Source of the DNA: Sminthopsis crassicaudata
Lineage: Eukaryota
DNA: 64,000 nt
NCBI RefSeq assembly: GCF_048593235.1
Contig: NC_133622.1
Coordinates: forward strand, 250,298,055 to 250,362,054
Direction of reading: 5' to 3'
The notes below the pieces were generated by a model that worked only from the letters and a program-made list of their open reading frames with translations, ran no database searches and had not been told where the DNA came from. The translations under genes and the position numbers were made by a program. This document shows positions 47,101-59,700 of this stretch, piece after piece. How positions within the stretch are numbered: the first letter of the stretch is position 1; each line of letters begins with the position of its first letter.

Positions 47101-48385
47101 GCCGCTTCAGCTGTCTGTCCGCCTCCCTGGGATCCTGGAGGCGAGAAGGCCTTGCTGTAGCACAGGGCTGGGTTTCTGCCAGGGATGAGCTGCCTCCCGT
47201 GCCCCAGGATGCCCCTCAGGAAGCCAATTCCTCCAGGAAGCCCGCCCTGACTGGAGCGTCGTGGGCAGGTTGGCGCTCTCCCCAGGGGGCTGCCATGCCC
47301 AGTTACCAACATGACTCAAACGCTGGACGATGGGCTGCTGGGCACCAGCTGCTGCCACCCATGCGCGGGGCAGGGTCCTTCTGGGCCCTCCTTTCCGGCT
47401 TGTTTGGACCTTGCTTGTAGCCAGTGGTTCACACTGCGCCCCCCAGCATCCCCCACAAGAACAGGGTTCTTTGTATGAACTTAAACCACTGACTGACCTA
47501 GGGCCTCAGTTCCCCATGTGTCAAACAGGAGAGCCTGGAGTAAGTGAGCCCCAAGCTCCTTCCCGGCTGTATCAGGCAGGTTGGGGGGCACAGCCGGACA
47601 CTGCCTCCCCCTCCCCCTCTCTGCATCTGTCCTATTTGGGGAGGCTAATTCAGGGAAGACTTTTCTAACACTGAATTTTGCAAACCACTCACCCAGAACT
47701 ATTATTAGCTCCATTTTACACGTGAGGAAACTGAGTCTGGGAGAAGGAGCCTTGCTCAGGGTCTCGGCATCAGCAAATATTGGGGGTGAGATCTGAACCC
47801 AAGTCTGGCACCGGACCAAGAGAAAAGACGGGGAGTGAGACAAAGCCAGGCTGGAGTCTTGGGTCCCGACCCGGCCGCCGCCTCTCTGGGCCCCACGCGG
47901 TGGCTCCCCCAGGGAGCCTTTGGACGGGCGAGGGCCCGGAGAATGCTGGCCCTCTGGGAGAGGAAAAGAGGAAGCCTCGCCGCTGCTTGAGGAACCAGCC
48001 GAAGAACACGGGGTTTAAAGAAAAGCAAAGTTCAGAGATGGGCCAGGAGCCGAGTGGGCGGACATTCGGCTTTCGAGATTCAGTGTCTTAGAAGAGCGCC
48101 CTTCTTATTGTACAGGAAGGGAAACTGAGGCACGGAGCAGGGCCGGCCAACTTGGACTCCACCATGTCTCTCTGCCCTTAAGCTGGAGAGAGAACTGTAG
48201 GGGTGTCTTTGGTCAGGTCCGTCCCCCCCCCCGCAAATGGAAGCCACCTCTCCGGGCACAGAGAACCGAGCCTGGTCTTGCGGATTCCCTCTTTTCCCAG
48301 ACTCCCTTGCCCTTGCCCTGCTACTCACAGTGGCCAGCAGAAGGTTCGCTTCCTTGCAGGGGGGCACCCCGCCGCACAGGTGCAT
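44179..48385 (-). CDS. BATF2: Basic leucine zipper ATF-like transcription factor 2 (SARI), 3 exons, 193 aa
   Basis: Exons 48329-48385 (MHLCGG...), 47030-47134 (DPREADRQLKRRERNRVAAQRSRHKHTEKADGLHQ) and 44179-44598 (EHEWLEKANQVLRKEIRSLQAE...HQRVC plus a Pro-rich tail). Total 582 nt, all phase 0; synteny between MAJIN and ARL2. Confidence 0.94.
44975..46047. repeat. 17-bp G-rich minisatellite (~63 copies) in BATF2 intron 2
   Basis: AGGGGGGAGCACGGGGC unit with interspersed variants (GGAAGCAC, GGAACAAGGGAC, GGAACACGGGAC, AGGAGGG). Confidence 0.97.
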
Positions 48386-48505
48386 GGTCTGATTCCCGAG
48401 GGGAAGGCCAGGGGAATGACGGGGCGCTCCCTGCAGCCTCCAAGTCCCAGGCGGCTCCAGGAAGCGAACGTGGAAATCTCTGCTGACCACTCCGCCCCCA
48501 AGCCC

Positions 48506-48523
48506 AGTTTCAGTTTCTCTGAA
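48506..48523. promoter_or_regulatory. Overlapping ISRE + GAS element in the BATF2 promoter
   Basis: AGTTTCAGTTTCT (48506-48518) fits the ISRE consensus; TTCTCTGAA (48515-48523) fits TTCN3GAA. GC box at 48492 and kB-like GGACTTTCCC at 48566-48575. Confidence 0.75.
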
Positions 48524-50369
48524 ATCCTGGGGCTGCTCAGAATCCCAGGCTGCGCCCACGTGGCTGGACTTTCCCAGGTTGACCAAGCTTCCAGGGAGGG
48601 CAGCAGTCTGCCAGAGAGGCCGGCCAAGGGCCGGGGGCGGGGACCTGGGAGCCTGGGGAGAGATGGGCAGGGCCCGGAGGGGAAATGCCTGCAGAGGCCT
48701 GTGGAGGAGAGACTTGGGGCTCCCGTCTCCGCCAGCTAAGTCAGAGCAAGGCCAGAAATGGCTTGGAGGCCGGAGAAATCCCATGAGCTCTCACCACTGC
48801 GAGCCGTGTGAACTTGACCAAATCATGGGACCTCCCTGCCTCAGTGTCCCCACCTGTACAAGGGTTGGATAACACAGTCCCTTGCTGGGCTAAATGAGTC
48901 AGATGGTACAGGGGAAAAAGTTGGACCGGAGGAGGGGAGCTGGTTCAAAGCCTACTTCCCAGGGCTTGCCAGCTGTGTGACCATCACAAGGCCAGCCTGT
49001 TTCCTGGTGAGCCCTGGCTATTTCTGTCTCCATTTCCGCTGGAATAATCACCCCAACATTTCCTCCCTTCCTCCCCGGCTTGCTCTCCCTGAGGCTCCTG
49101 GGGAACAGAACAGAGCAATATTGAGAGGCGGGACACAGCGGGGAGCCCCAGAGCCAGGGTCAAGTGCTGACATTCTCTGTGTGGCCCTCGGGCCTGGGCT
49201 TCCCTGGCTACAGAAATAAGGGGCTTGGAGGTGATGCTCTCTGGAGTCCCGGTCACCCCAAAGCCCAGATGTGAACGTTCCTCATGGAGGGGGGGCAGAT
49301 TGGGCTCCCCTTGATAGAAATAAACATATTTGAATTCTGGATCTCCCCAGGAACGGAAAAGAAATCCAACTCTTGGGGAAGACAGCGCCGGCCTCCCCAG
49401 AGGCTGATGGAACAGCCTCCCTCTGAGACTCCCTGAGCATGATGTAACTGCCAGAAAGCAGCCCTGGCTCCTGGGTGTGGCCAAGCCTGAGGCTCAGTTT
49501 ATCCCACTGGGATCTCAGGGAGCTATGAGCTCAGGGTCCTCTTTACTAGTCCCATGGGTGGGAGTCTAGAAGAAAGGAGTTCAGATGCAGCCTCAGATAA
49601 CTTACTAGGTGACATCATCTGTAAAATGGGATTATAGCAGCCTGGGGACTTACCCCTGCCCGGCCCTCCTTGGCCAATCAAGGCTGCCCTCATGGAGCTG
49701 ACCCTGAGAGGCAGACCTGAACGTGCTGCCTCTCCTGGTGTGACCACCCTGGGCCTCCATTTCCTGCTGAACTCCCCACTTGGGCCTCCCTGATTCCATA
49801 AACCAACTTTTTTCCTATAAGTGTATTTTGGTGCTTTTTATCTCCATAGCCCAGGCAGTGCCCTGGAGCCCTCCCTCCATGCTCCCCCTTATCAAGGGAA
49901 AACAGGCGAGGCAGCAGCAAGACAATTGCCCCACCTTATCCACACCCACAGTCCACCTCGTCTCTGACTTCACTTCTGAGGTGGGCCAGGCTCTGGGCCC
50001 TCTGGGCAGCCTCTCTCGGTTAGGGAGTTTTTAAAAGCTGACCTCCAATAGCCCGACTTTAGGCAGGGTCACAGACTTTGCCCTCTGGGGCCCAGGAGCA
50101 CAAGCCTTCCCATAGTCCTGTGGGTGACCGACTCTGTGCTGGGCACATCAGCCCCAATATCCCTGGCATCCTGGAGGAGGACCAGAATGTAAATGCTGCC
50201 TGGAAACCCTTAAGTAAAAGTAAGGGATGCTGCGGGGAATCCCAGGGGCCACTGACTTGTTCCCAGGCACCTTGGGGGAAGCCCCAGACCCTTAACTTAT
50301 CTTAGTCAAGTTGGTCCTAAGGTCTTTTGTTCCCCCGAGGAAGTTATTGTGGGCAGGTCTACTAGGAGA

Positions 50370-50576
50370 TGGCTTCAGAAATACAGAAGTACCACCTCAC
50401 ACCTCTCAGATGGGCTAAGACAGCAGGAAAGTATAATGACGAATGTTGGGGAAACTGGGACACTAATGCATTGTTAGTGGAGTTGTGCAGTGATCTAACC
50501 ATTCTGGAGAGCAATCTGGAACTCTACCCAAAGGGCCACCAAACTGCATACAGGGTCTGTATCCCAAAGATAGATC
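50370..50576 (+). mobile_element. L1 ORF2 3' fragment
   Basis: Translates as ...YHLTPLRWAK... followed by GAAACTGGGACACTAATGCATTGTTAGTGG, typical of the marsupial L1 ORF2 end. Confidence 0.75.
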
Positions 50577-50583
50577 TCCCCAC

Positions 50584-50729
50584 TTTTTTTTTTTTTTTGC
50601 TGAGACACTTAGGATTAAGTGACTTGCCCAGGGTCACACAGCCAGGAAGCTATCTGAGGCCAAATTTGAACTCTGGTCCTCCTGACTTCAGGGCTGATAC
50701 TCTATCCACTGCACCACCTAGCTGCCCCC
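50584..50729 (-). mobile_element. Young marsupial tRNA-SINE (same family as 22189-22355)
   Basis: T run followed by GCTGAGACA...AAGTGACTTGCCCAGGGTCACACAGC...TATCCACTGCACCACCTAGCTGCCCC. Confidence 0.88.
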
Positions 50730-51524
50730 TCCCCCTTTTGGGGTAGTTTTTTGTTTGCTTTTTAAAATTAACTTTCTTGTGATTTTTTTTCCCCCTTTTG
50801 ATCTGATTTTTCTTTCACAAGATAAAGATGGAATTATGTTTAGAAGAATTGCACATGTTTAACCTATAGATGAGGGGAGAGAGGGAGAAAAAATAGGAAC
50901 ACAAGGTTTTGCCAGGGTAAATGATGGGAATTATCTTTGCATGTATTTGGAAAATACATTCTAAAATAAAATAGAAATTAAATAATTAAAAAAAAGAAAG
51001 AAAGACAATCCCTTCCCTGAAGGAGCTTACAATCTATTTGGAAGACAAGATGGAAACAAATATTTGAGATGTACACATACACACGCCAAGTTACAGACAG
51101 GATTAGGAAGAAATGATTAACAAAATAATCCGATTAAAAGGAGCTGTGAAAGGCTTTGGGGAGAAGGTGGGGTTGGGTGGCTCTCTCCGAAGTTAATCCC
51201 CTCTTCTTGACACTTGGTTCTCCTCCCTCTCTCACTCTGTCCCCTTGGCTGGATCCTCCTTCGGGTTACCCCTCCCCCCATGTGGTATTCCTCACTAGTG
51301 TCTCCTTTTCTCCACAGCCCCCATCCCCAACCCCAGATTATTGTCTCCCTGTCCAAGTCTCTCCCTGCTTCACTCCTTCCTCCACTCAGCCGTCAAATTC
51401 ATCTTTCTAAACAAGATCTCAAATTTTAGCACACAAGATTTTGTAAGGGTGAAGGTTGAAAATTAAAGCCAGATTTGAGTTCTGGTCTTCCTGGCTCCGG
51501 GGCCAGCGTGCCCCCCGCTGCCCT

Positions 51525-52250
51525 TTTATGTCACCACAGAGTAGAGAAATGGAAATGGAGACAATTCCGAGGCAGCTCGGCTAGCATGTCCGAAAGGAAA
51601 ATAACAAACGTGGAGAGGAACATGGTAGAACTGAGAGCTGCTCAGCCCTTCTGCCGGGCCGTTTGGAACAATGGCCGAAGGGCTACAAAGCCATTCCACT
51701 AGTCGGCATGTATGAGTGACAGACAGGGGTCTTCTGTGCACAAAAATAGAGACAGCAGCTTTTTGTTGTGGGAAAGAACTGGAAACCGAGAAGCTGCCCA
51801 TGGATTGGGGAACTGTTGAAAAAGCTGTGGTGCATGATGGGACAGAATAGTGTTGTGCTTTCAGAAAAACCTGAACTTCCACGAACCAGTGCAAAGTGAA
51901 GCAAGCAGAATCCGAGAAATGCTGTACGTGGTAACAGCAAAACGGTGTGATCATCAACCGCGAATGACTTCGCTGTTCTCAGCAATACAATCATCTAAGC
52001 CAAGGGATTCGTGATGAAACGTGCTACTCCCTAAATCCAGAAGAACTGATGGGACGGAGACGCCAATTGAAATACGCTATTTTTTGTGGGGATTTTAGTC
52101 TGGGTTTCTTTTTCTTGTTTAACATTTACCTAGAAATGTTCCGCAGGATTGCACAGCTGCAACGTAAAATTGCTTTAGAACGTTATAAATGGTTTTCGCA
52201 TGCGACTGTACACATTTGTTTGCATGTTATCTTCCATACTGGGTTGTAAG
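51525..52250 (+). mobile_element. Degraded L1 3' region
   Basis: GCAGCTTTTTGTTGTGGGAAAGAACTGGAAAC...GCCCATGGATTGGGGAA resembles the L1 ORF2 end and 3' UTR. Confidence 0.65.
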
Positions 52251-52379
52251 ATCCTTAAGACTAGGAACTGTCATTTCCCTTTATTTACTCACAGAGGTTA
52301 GCCCAATTCTTGGCACACAGAAGGAGCTCAATAATGTTTGTTGACTTGCCCGCAGTCGCCACCCCCTGGCCGCCACTCA

Positions 52380-52948
52380 ACCTTCTGGGAAATGTAGTCC
52401 AAAGGATCTCCCTGAGCTTCATGGGAAATGAAGTCTTTGTAGGTTTCCTTCTACGGAGAGCGCGGCTTTTGAGGCGGGAGGGAAACAGGTCCGGGGGACT
52501 TCCAAGACTAGGCCGACATTCCCCTCCCTCTCACAGGGCAGGTGACGTCCGTCTCAGACTAGGAAAGTGCTGGTCGGAGCCCGAGATCCCCTGTCAAGCC
52601 CCCTTCCACGCCCCGTCACTAGATAAATGTATACGCAATGGGAATGTGCGGGTCGGACCACTGCGGGGCGCCCTCCAGTCCCGGGGCCCGGCTTCCGCGG
52701 GGGCCGGTACATTAGGGGTTAAGCGGCGGAGGCGGGATAGTTTTGGCTCAGCCGCCTGCCGTAGCTCCGCCACTATCCGGCTCCGGCAGGGCGGTGCCTT
52801 TTCCAGCCGTCGACTCCGGCGAGAAGGGGCGGGCCTAAGTAAGAGCCGGACCAATCGTGTAGAGGCCGGAGGACGCGCTAGCCAATGAAAGGGGGGAGCG
52901 GGGTCCCGGACTAGGGAGGCGCCGCGGCGGGGAGGGGAGGCGAGGACC
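52380..52948 (+). promoter_or_regulatory. ARL2 CpG-island promoter
   Basis: ZNF143-type motif (reverse of GGACTACATTTCCCAGAA) at 52383-52400, CRE-like GTGACGTC near 52542, CCAAT boxes near 52851 and 52882, GC boxes. Confidence 0.75.
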
Positions 52949-55105
52949 ATGGGGCTCTTGACCATCCTGAAGAAGATGAAGCAGAAAGAGCGGGAGCTGC
53001 GGCTCCTCATGCTGTATCCTCCGGCTCACAGAGCCACGGGTGGCTAGGGGCGAGGGAGAGGCGGGGGCGGCGCTACCAAGCGTTCCGCGCGAGGGGGGAG
53101 GGTAAGGAAGGATGCGCCGCTCTGGGCCTGGCCGGGCCGTACAACTGTCCTGCGTGGGTTACGTAGGCCCGGGGTCGACCAATAGCCTTTGGAGGGGTGT
53201 TGTGGATGAGGATTGGTCCATACCATGTAGGACCAAGACAGGGGCGTTCTGGCCTACGGGCTTAAACCAAAGTCCCCAAGCAGAGGGGGTGGGGGGCGCG
53301 GGGGGAAAAGTGGAATGGACCAACTGCTCCGGGGGCACGGGAGGGCTGGAATGTCCAGGAGTCTGTTGAGCAAGGACCTGACGGGTCCGAGCCATGGCGT
53401 GTCCCCAGTTGTCTGACTGGGCTCTCATGCCTTGGGCCATGAGCTCCTCCTTGGCAGGGGCTGCTTCTTGCCTTTCTTTATGTCCCTGGTACACAGTAAG
53501 CGCTTCATGTGTGTGTGTTGCCTTCCCTCTCTCCTCCAGTTCCCCTCCAGTAGAATAGAAGCTCCCTGAGGGCAGGGCCTTCATTCTTCTTGGTGCCTCG
53601 TCCAAGTGCCAAGTACCAGTAGGTTCTTGACTGTTTGTGGAATTGATGGAATCATTTCATTGGAAGTTACGTGATGACCTCAGGCCCCCCCCCAGGGTTA
53701 CAAGGCCCCTCCCTGAGGTTGGATGGCTTGTGCTGCTCCTTAACCTCAGCCACCCCCAGCGGGCTGGACAACGCGGGCAAGACCACCATCCTGAAGAAGT
53801 TCAACGGGGAGGACATCGACACCATCTCGCCCACACTGGGCTTCAACATCAAGACGCTGGAGCACCGAGGGTGAGGGAGGCCCCACGCCCCAGAGCTGGC
53901 GGGCCGGCGGGCCTCGGCCTCACCACCCACCGGCCTCTCCCCTCTTCTTCCCCAGGTTCAAGCTGAATATCTGGGACGTGGGGGGCCAGAAGTCCCTGCG
54001 CTCTTACTGGCGGAACTACTTTGAGAGCACTGACGGCCTCATCTGGGTGGTGGACAGCGCTGACCAGCAGCGCATGCAGGACTGCCGGAGGGAGCTGGAG
54101 AGCCTCCTGGTGGAGGAGGTGGGCAGGGCCTGGGGGGAGGGGAAGCTTGACTTCTCACTTTGCCAGAAAGGGACACTGAGCCACAGGGAAAAATAAGCTC
54201 CTCGAAGCTCCCTCGAAGCAGAGGGCCTGGTATTCAGTAGGTGCTTAATCAGTGTTGGCTTGATTGTGATTTTGCATCCACTAAAACTCCTTTCTTGCTG
54301 TGTGCCAGACATTGTGCCCTAGCATTTAGAGAAAAAGGGTGTGGGTAAGTCCTCAGAAAGCTGCCAGTCTCCTGGGTATGTGAAAGGTCACGGAGAGGCC
54401 CCAAAACAGATTCTACCAAGGTTGAGGAAAGATGGGCAGACGTGGAGGAGAGCGGGTCAGGGAGGCCATGACAGAAGGCTGCAGAGGTGTGTGGGGGGAC
54501 GGGGCAGCTGGTGAGGAGCCAGGGCCGAGCCGCCAGCTGAGCACGCACACACACGGGCACACACACATGTGGCAGCCACGGGGAGCCAGGGCCCACCCGC
54601 CAGCCCTCCTCAAAGACCGGGCAGCTGCTTGCATGGAGCCCCCTGGTCATCCTACCCCAGTGGCTGCCGTGTACACGCCCAGGGCACAAGCCTGAGGAGA
54701 TTATGTGCCCCTCTCCGCCCACCTCCCTCCCTCTGCTCTGAGGAATAAGTCCGTGGAGCTCAGGGTCCCTTCCTGGCCCTCCTGCCACCTTTCTTTCCCT
54801 CTTAGCGCCTGGCAGGAGCCACTCTCCTGATCTTTGCCAACAAGCAGGACCTCCCTGGGGCTCTGTCCTCTAATGCCATTCGAGAGGTGAGCTGAGGCTT
54901 TGATGGGGGGCAGCGGCACGGGCCCACTGGCTTGTGGGGCCGCTCTCTGAGGGTCACTGTCCTCCCCCAGATCCTGGAGTTAGACACCATCCGCAGTCAC
55001 CATTGGTGCATCCAGGGCTGCAGTGCGGTGACGGGAGAAAACCTGCTCCTGGGGGTCGACTGGCTCCTGGATGACATCTCCAGCCGCATCTTCACTTCGG
55101 AGTGA
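52949..55105 (+). CDS. ARL2: ADP-ribosylation factor-like GTPase 2, 5 exons, 184 aa
   Basis: Exons 52949-53013, 53760-53870, 53956-54118, 54806-54886, 54971-55105 (555 nt). [31 protein letters not shown] (P-loop), WDVGGQ and NKQD motifs. Poly(A) signal AATAAA at 55475-55480. Confidence 0.99.
53014..53759 (+). other. U12-type (minor spliceosome) GT-AG intron 1 of ARL2
   Basis: 5' splice site GTATCCTC, branch site TCCTTAAC at 53737-53744, and only a short weak pyrimidine stretch before the AG. Confidence 0.85.
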
Positions 55106-56736
55106 CTCCTTCCCGCCTGCGTGTCGGCTCCCGGACGGACCCCGAGACCCTCCCGAAGGACAGCCCCTCCACGCGTCCGTGACTCCCCCAGACCATCCTT
55201 TGTCCTGATCCTCTCTGGCCCAGGCCCCCCGGGGAGCTGTGATGGAGGGGGCAGAAACCAGCGGGACCCCGACTAATGCTTCCTTCCCCATGTCATAACC
55301 AGATGCTGCTCGCGCTATTTAACAGGAGAGACGCTGCTGCTCTGGGGGAGTGCCTTCCCTCCCTGGGGAGGAGCAGCCCCCGTTCCCTAACCCCGTCCCT
55401 CCTGAAGCGCTTGGTGGATTGGTGGAGCAGACTTGGGGTGCCACCCAAGGGCCCCTTCCCTGCTCAGCTGTAAGAATAAAAATCCTCTGTACCCCGGCCC
55501 CAGCCTGTTCTTCCCCCCCAAGCTCCTCTGCAGCCACCTCTCCATTGTGCCCAAAGAGAAGGGTGGCAGTGTGAGGAGCACCCAGAAAGGTTGGGGAGTC
55601 CATGAGGTTTCTCCCTTTGGGACCCAACTTCCCCTGTCAGTAGCTGGGGGGCGCAGGCAAGGCAGCTCAAGAATCCTCAGAAGGGAGGAAGAGTACTGAG
55701 GGCCAGGGCAGAGGCCAGAGCTGAGGGCCAGAGCCGGCCGACGGGACAAACAGGGAGAGGCTCGGCCCCTGGGCCTTCTGGGCCCTCTCCAGCCACTGAA
55801 GCAGCGGCTGCTCGGGTTTCGGAAAAATTGTTTTTCCCTTCAACCACATAACACGAAATATTGGAGATGGCAGAGAACTTGAAGAGGATGGGGGAGGGGA
55901 TTTTAGAACACAGAACGTCCAGGTGGGATGGAGCTTAGAACGGGTAACATCCCAGATGGGGGAGGCAAGAGAGCCTGCAAGTAACTGGGGGGGAGGAGCA
56001 GAAACTGCAGAAAGATGCGAGATGGAGCCGCAACCCGGGCATACTGGAGACCCCCCCCCAAGCCTGAGGAGATTATGTCTGAGGCTGGGTCCATTCCCCT
56101 GCGGCAGGCATGGAGAGCAGCCTTCCAAAGAGGGGGAGGAGGAGACCCGTGGGAGCAGGGCAGAGGGCTGGCCCTGCCGGGTGGTCCCCAAGCCTCTGGC
56201 ACCAAGAGCGAGCGTTTGGCCAACGTTTTTGCCTCCGCGACTTCCCGGGGCATGGAGGAGGCACGGCCAAGCACAGTCAGGCCAGAAGCCGGGCTTACAC
56301 ATAGGACCTACTGTGTGCCCAGGTCTGAGAGAAGCCTGCCCACCTGGCCCCGAGCCTCAGTTTCCCCAGATGTGAAATGAAAGGCTGGTCTTGGTTCCTT
56401 AGGAAACTAAGGTCCAACGCACAGGAGTTGCTTGGCTCAGTGCCTGGCACCCAGCAGGTGCCTAATAAATGCCCACTACCTGGAATCTGCAATTTCTTCC
56501 CAGGAAAGTTCCCTAGACTGCAGGGGGCGTCCTTTCCTGCCCAAAGGCTCAGCCTACGCCCTTCCCAGCGCCATCTCCTGGAGTGGGAGGGGGGAGAGAA
56601 GCCTAGGAGAACCTTGCTCATGCGCAGATGAGGCAGTACCCTCGGAGGCTGGACGGGAGGGGAGGGGACAGCGTGGAGGAGGAGGCCCGCGGCCAGGCCG
56701 AGGTGCCGGGGTCCGCAGGGCTCCCGCTCCTCGGAC

Positions 56737-59700
56737 ATGTCCCTCAAGGCGAAGGACGACTTCCGGCGGCTGTACACGGTGTCGGACACGAGGACCCACC
56801 CCAAGGGCTACACGGAGTACAAAGTGACCGCGCAGGTGACTGAGGGCGAGGCCCCTTTAAGGGGAGGGGGCCCTTTAAGTGGGCGGATCCAGACGGTTCC
56901 ATCCTCTACTGTCAGGAGGGGGTGGAGCCCGAATTTGGGACTATATTAATTTACGAGTCAGGGAGACCCCCGAGTCTAGGTTCTTTTAGGGAGGACGCGG
57001 AGGGGCGGGGCCCCAACCCCCGAGTTGTTTATTTGGGGTTGCTCTTTTTTTCGTAATTAAAAAATCTGCTGCCTCTCTTTGCGAAACAACACCCTGACGG
57101 CCGCCAGGGCCTGCCCAAGCCTCAGTTCCTGAGAAATGGACGTCTCCCTCTCGGAGAGGCTGGGAAAACCGGGGTTGTTGACAGGGAAAGCTCGCTCCCC
57201 TTTGCCGCCTCCCCCGGGCTACGAGCCCCGGTTGGTGTCCCAGGCACATAGTAGGACTTCACCCGGGAGGGGTCCGGGCCAGTTTCGCCACTACCGCGCA
57301 GGCGTGAGAGGGGCTGGCGCTACGTCTCCCCTCAGGGCCGGGAAGGGCTGGACCCCCCTCCCCCAACCCCCCCCAGCTCTGCCCCTGGATGGAGGGAGGG
57401 GTGAGCACCCCCACTTTACAGTTGAGGACACGAGGCAGCGGGGTTACAGGACTTGGCCAGGTCGAAGGCTGGGTTTGGATTCAGGTCTTCCCAAAGCCAG
57501 GACCCACTCCCCCTGCAGTCACTGGAGGGATCTCAGCTTTGGGAAGAGGCTGGGGGGCGAGGGGGGCGCTCCTCACCTGCCTTAGTTTTCTTCGCCCCTA
57601 GTTCATCTCAAAGACAAACCAGGAGGATGTCAAGGAGGTGAGTCTGGGGGTGCCCCCGAGGTGGGTCAGCTGGGGGCAGAACCCTGACTTTGGGGAGGGG
57701 AGGGGAGGGGCGCCCCCACAGGTGGGTCAGCTGGGGGGCAGAACCCTGGCTTTGGGGAGGGGAGGGGCGCCCCCACAGGTGGGTCAGCTGGGGGGCAGAA
57801 CCCTGACTTTGGGGAGGGGAGGGGCGCCCCCACAGGTGGGTCAGCTGGGGGGCAGAACCCTGGCTTTGGGGAGGGGAGGGGCGCCCCCACAGGTGGGTCA
57901 GCTGGGGGGCAGAACCCTGGCTTTGGGCTGGGGAGGGGCGCCCCCACAGGTGGGTCAGCTGGGGGGCAGAACCCTGGCTTTGGGCTGGGGAGGGGCGCCC
58001 CCACAGGTGGGTCAGCTGGGGGGCAGAACCCTGACTTTGGGGAGGGGAGGGGCGCCCCCACAGGTGGGTCAGCTGGGGGGCAGAACCCTGACTTTGGGGA
58101 GGGGAAGGGTGCCCCCCCAGGTGGGTCAGCTGGGGGGCAGAACCCTGACTTTGGGCTGGGGAGGGGAGGGGCGCCCCCGAGGTGGGTCAGCTGGGGGGCA
58201 GAACCCTGACTTTGGGGAGGGGAGGGGCGCCCCCACAGGTGGGTCAGCTGGGGGGGCAGAACCCTGGCTTTGGGCTGGGGAGGGGAGGGGCGCCCCACAG
58301 GTGGGTCAGCTGGGGGGCAGAACCCTGACTTTGGGGAGGGGAGGGGCGCCCCCAGGTGGGTCAGCTGGGGGGCAGAACCCTGACTGTGGGCTGGGGGAGC
58401 CTCCCCAGTGTCCGAGCCGCTGCCTCCGTGCCCAGGTGGTGGTGTGGAAACGCTACAGTGACTTCCGGCGGCTGCACGGGGACCTGGCTTACACGCACCG
58501 CAACCTCTTCCGGAGGCTGGAGGAGTTCCCGGCCTTCCCCCGGGCCCAGGTCTTTGGTGAGTGCCCAGGGCCCGGCCTTTCCAAGACTGCCTGGACTCTG
58601 GGCCCTGGGGGGAGGGATCCTCTGCAGCCAGGCCCCCTGCCTCCCAGAAGCTGCCTCTTCTCCCCCTCCCCACCTCGGTCTTGGGGGGGCCAAACAGGCA
58701 AGCGGCCCCTCCCCCACACTACAGATCAGCCCCTGTGAATCCCGGGGTGGGTGGGGGATGACATTCTACTCTCTGAGTGAGGAAATCCAGATTTAATGAA
58801 GGAAAGGAGCACTCTTAGTGGCCTGGTTGGCATGGCCCCTGGCCTGGAGCCCCCCAATTTTTGGCTGCTGCCGTTTCTCATCCTCCCTCCTCTTGGGCTC
58901 ATCTCATTGGGTGACTCGGGGTGTTCTTTGCCTGGCCCCCTTTGCCCTGAACGGGGGCGGGGAGGCCTGACGCCCGTTCTTTGGCCACAGGCCGGTTCGA
59001 GGCCTCCGTGATCGAGGAGCGGCGCAAGGCTGCGGAGGACATGCTGCGTTTCACCGTCAACATCCCCGCCCTCAACAACAGCCCCCAGCTCAAGGAATTC
59101 TTCCGAGTGCGTGTCTTCCCCGCGGCCCCCGACCCCGGCAGTGGGCATCGCCCGGGCCTCGTGCCAAGTGCTTCTGCCTCCAGCCCCCCTCCGTGTGACT
59201 CTGGGGCCGACAAGCCTCCCAACTCTCTCCTCTCCTAGGGTGGGGACGTGATCCGGCCCTCCGAGCCCCAGGAGCTGCACATCCTGCCGCCGCCCCTGGT
59301 GCCCACGCTGCCCCCGGAGGAGGCGCGGCTCCCCCAGCCCCTGCCAGCGGAGCGGCTGGGCCTGGAGGAGCCTGAGGAGGAGCCCGAGAAGCCAGGTATG
59401 AGGCAGGGAGGGAGGCGGCGGCAGGAGCCGCCCTTTCCCACCTCCTTTGAGGGACAGCACAGGGTGGGAGGGCTCGGCTTCAGCCAGCCAGGTGATCCTG
59501 GGCCCGTCAGCTTAATGATGGGGACCTCGGGTTGTGCGTTTGTGGACTAGACCGATGGTCTTTTACATCCTTTCCCACTCCCTGACCCCGGGGCTTAGCC
59601 AGGCTCCCTGCGCTCCTGGAGCGCCTGCTCCAGGCAGGAGGGGGCAGACCCTCGTGGCTTCTTTCCGCAGGGGACCGGCCTCCCTCCAGCCCTGCTCAGG

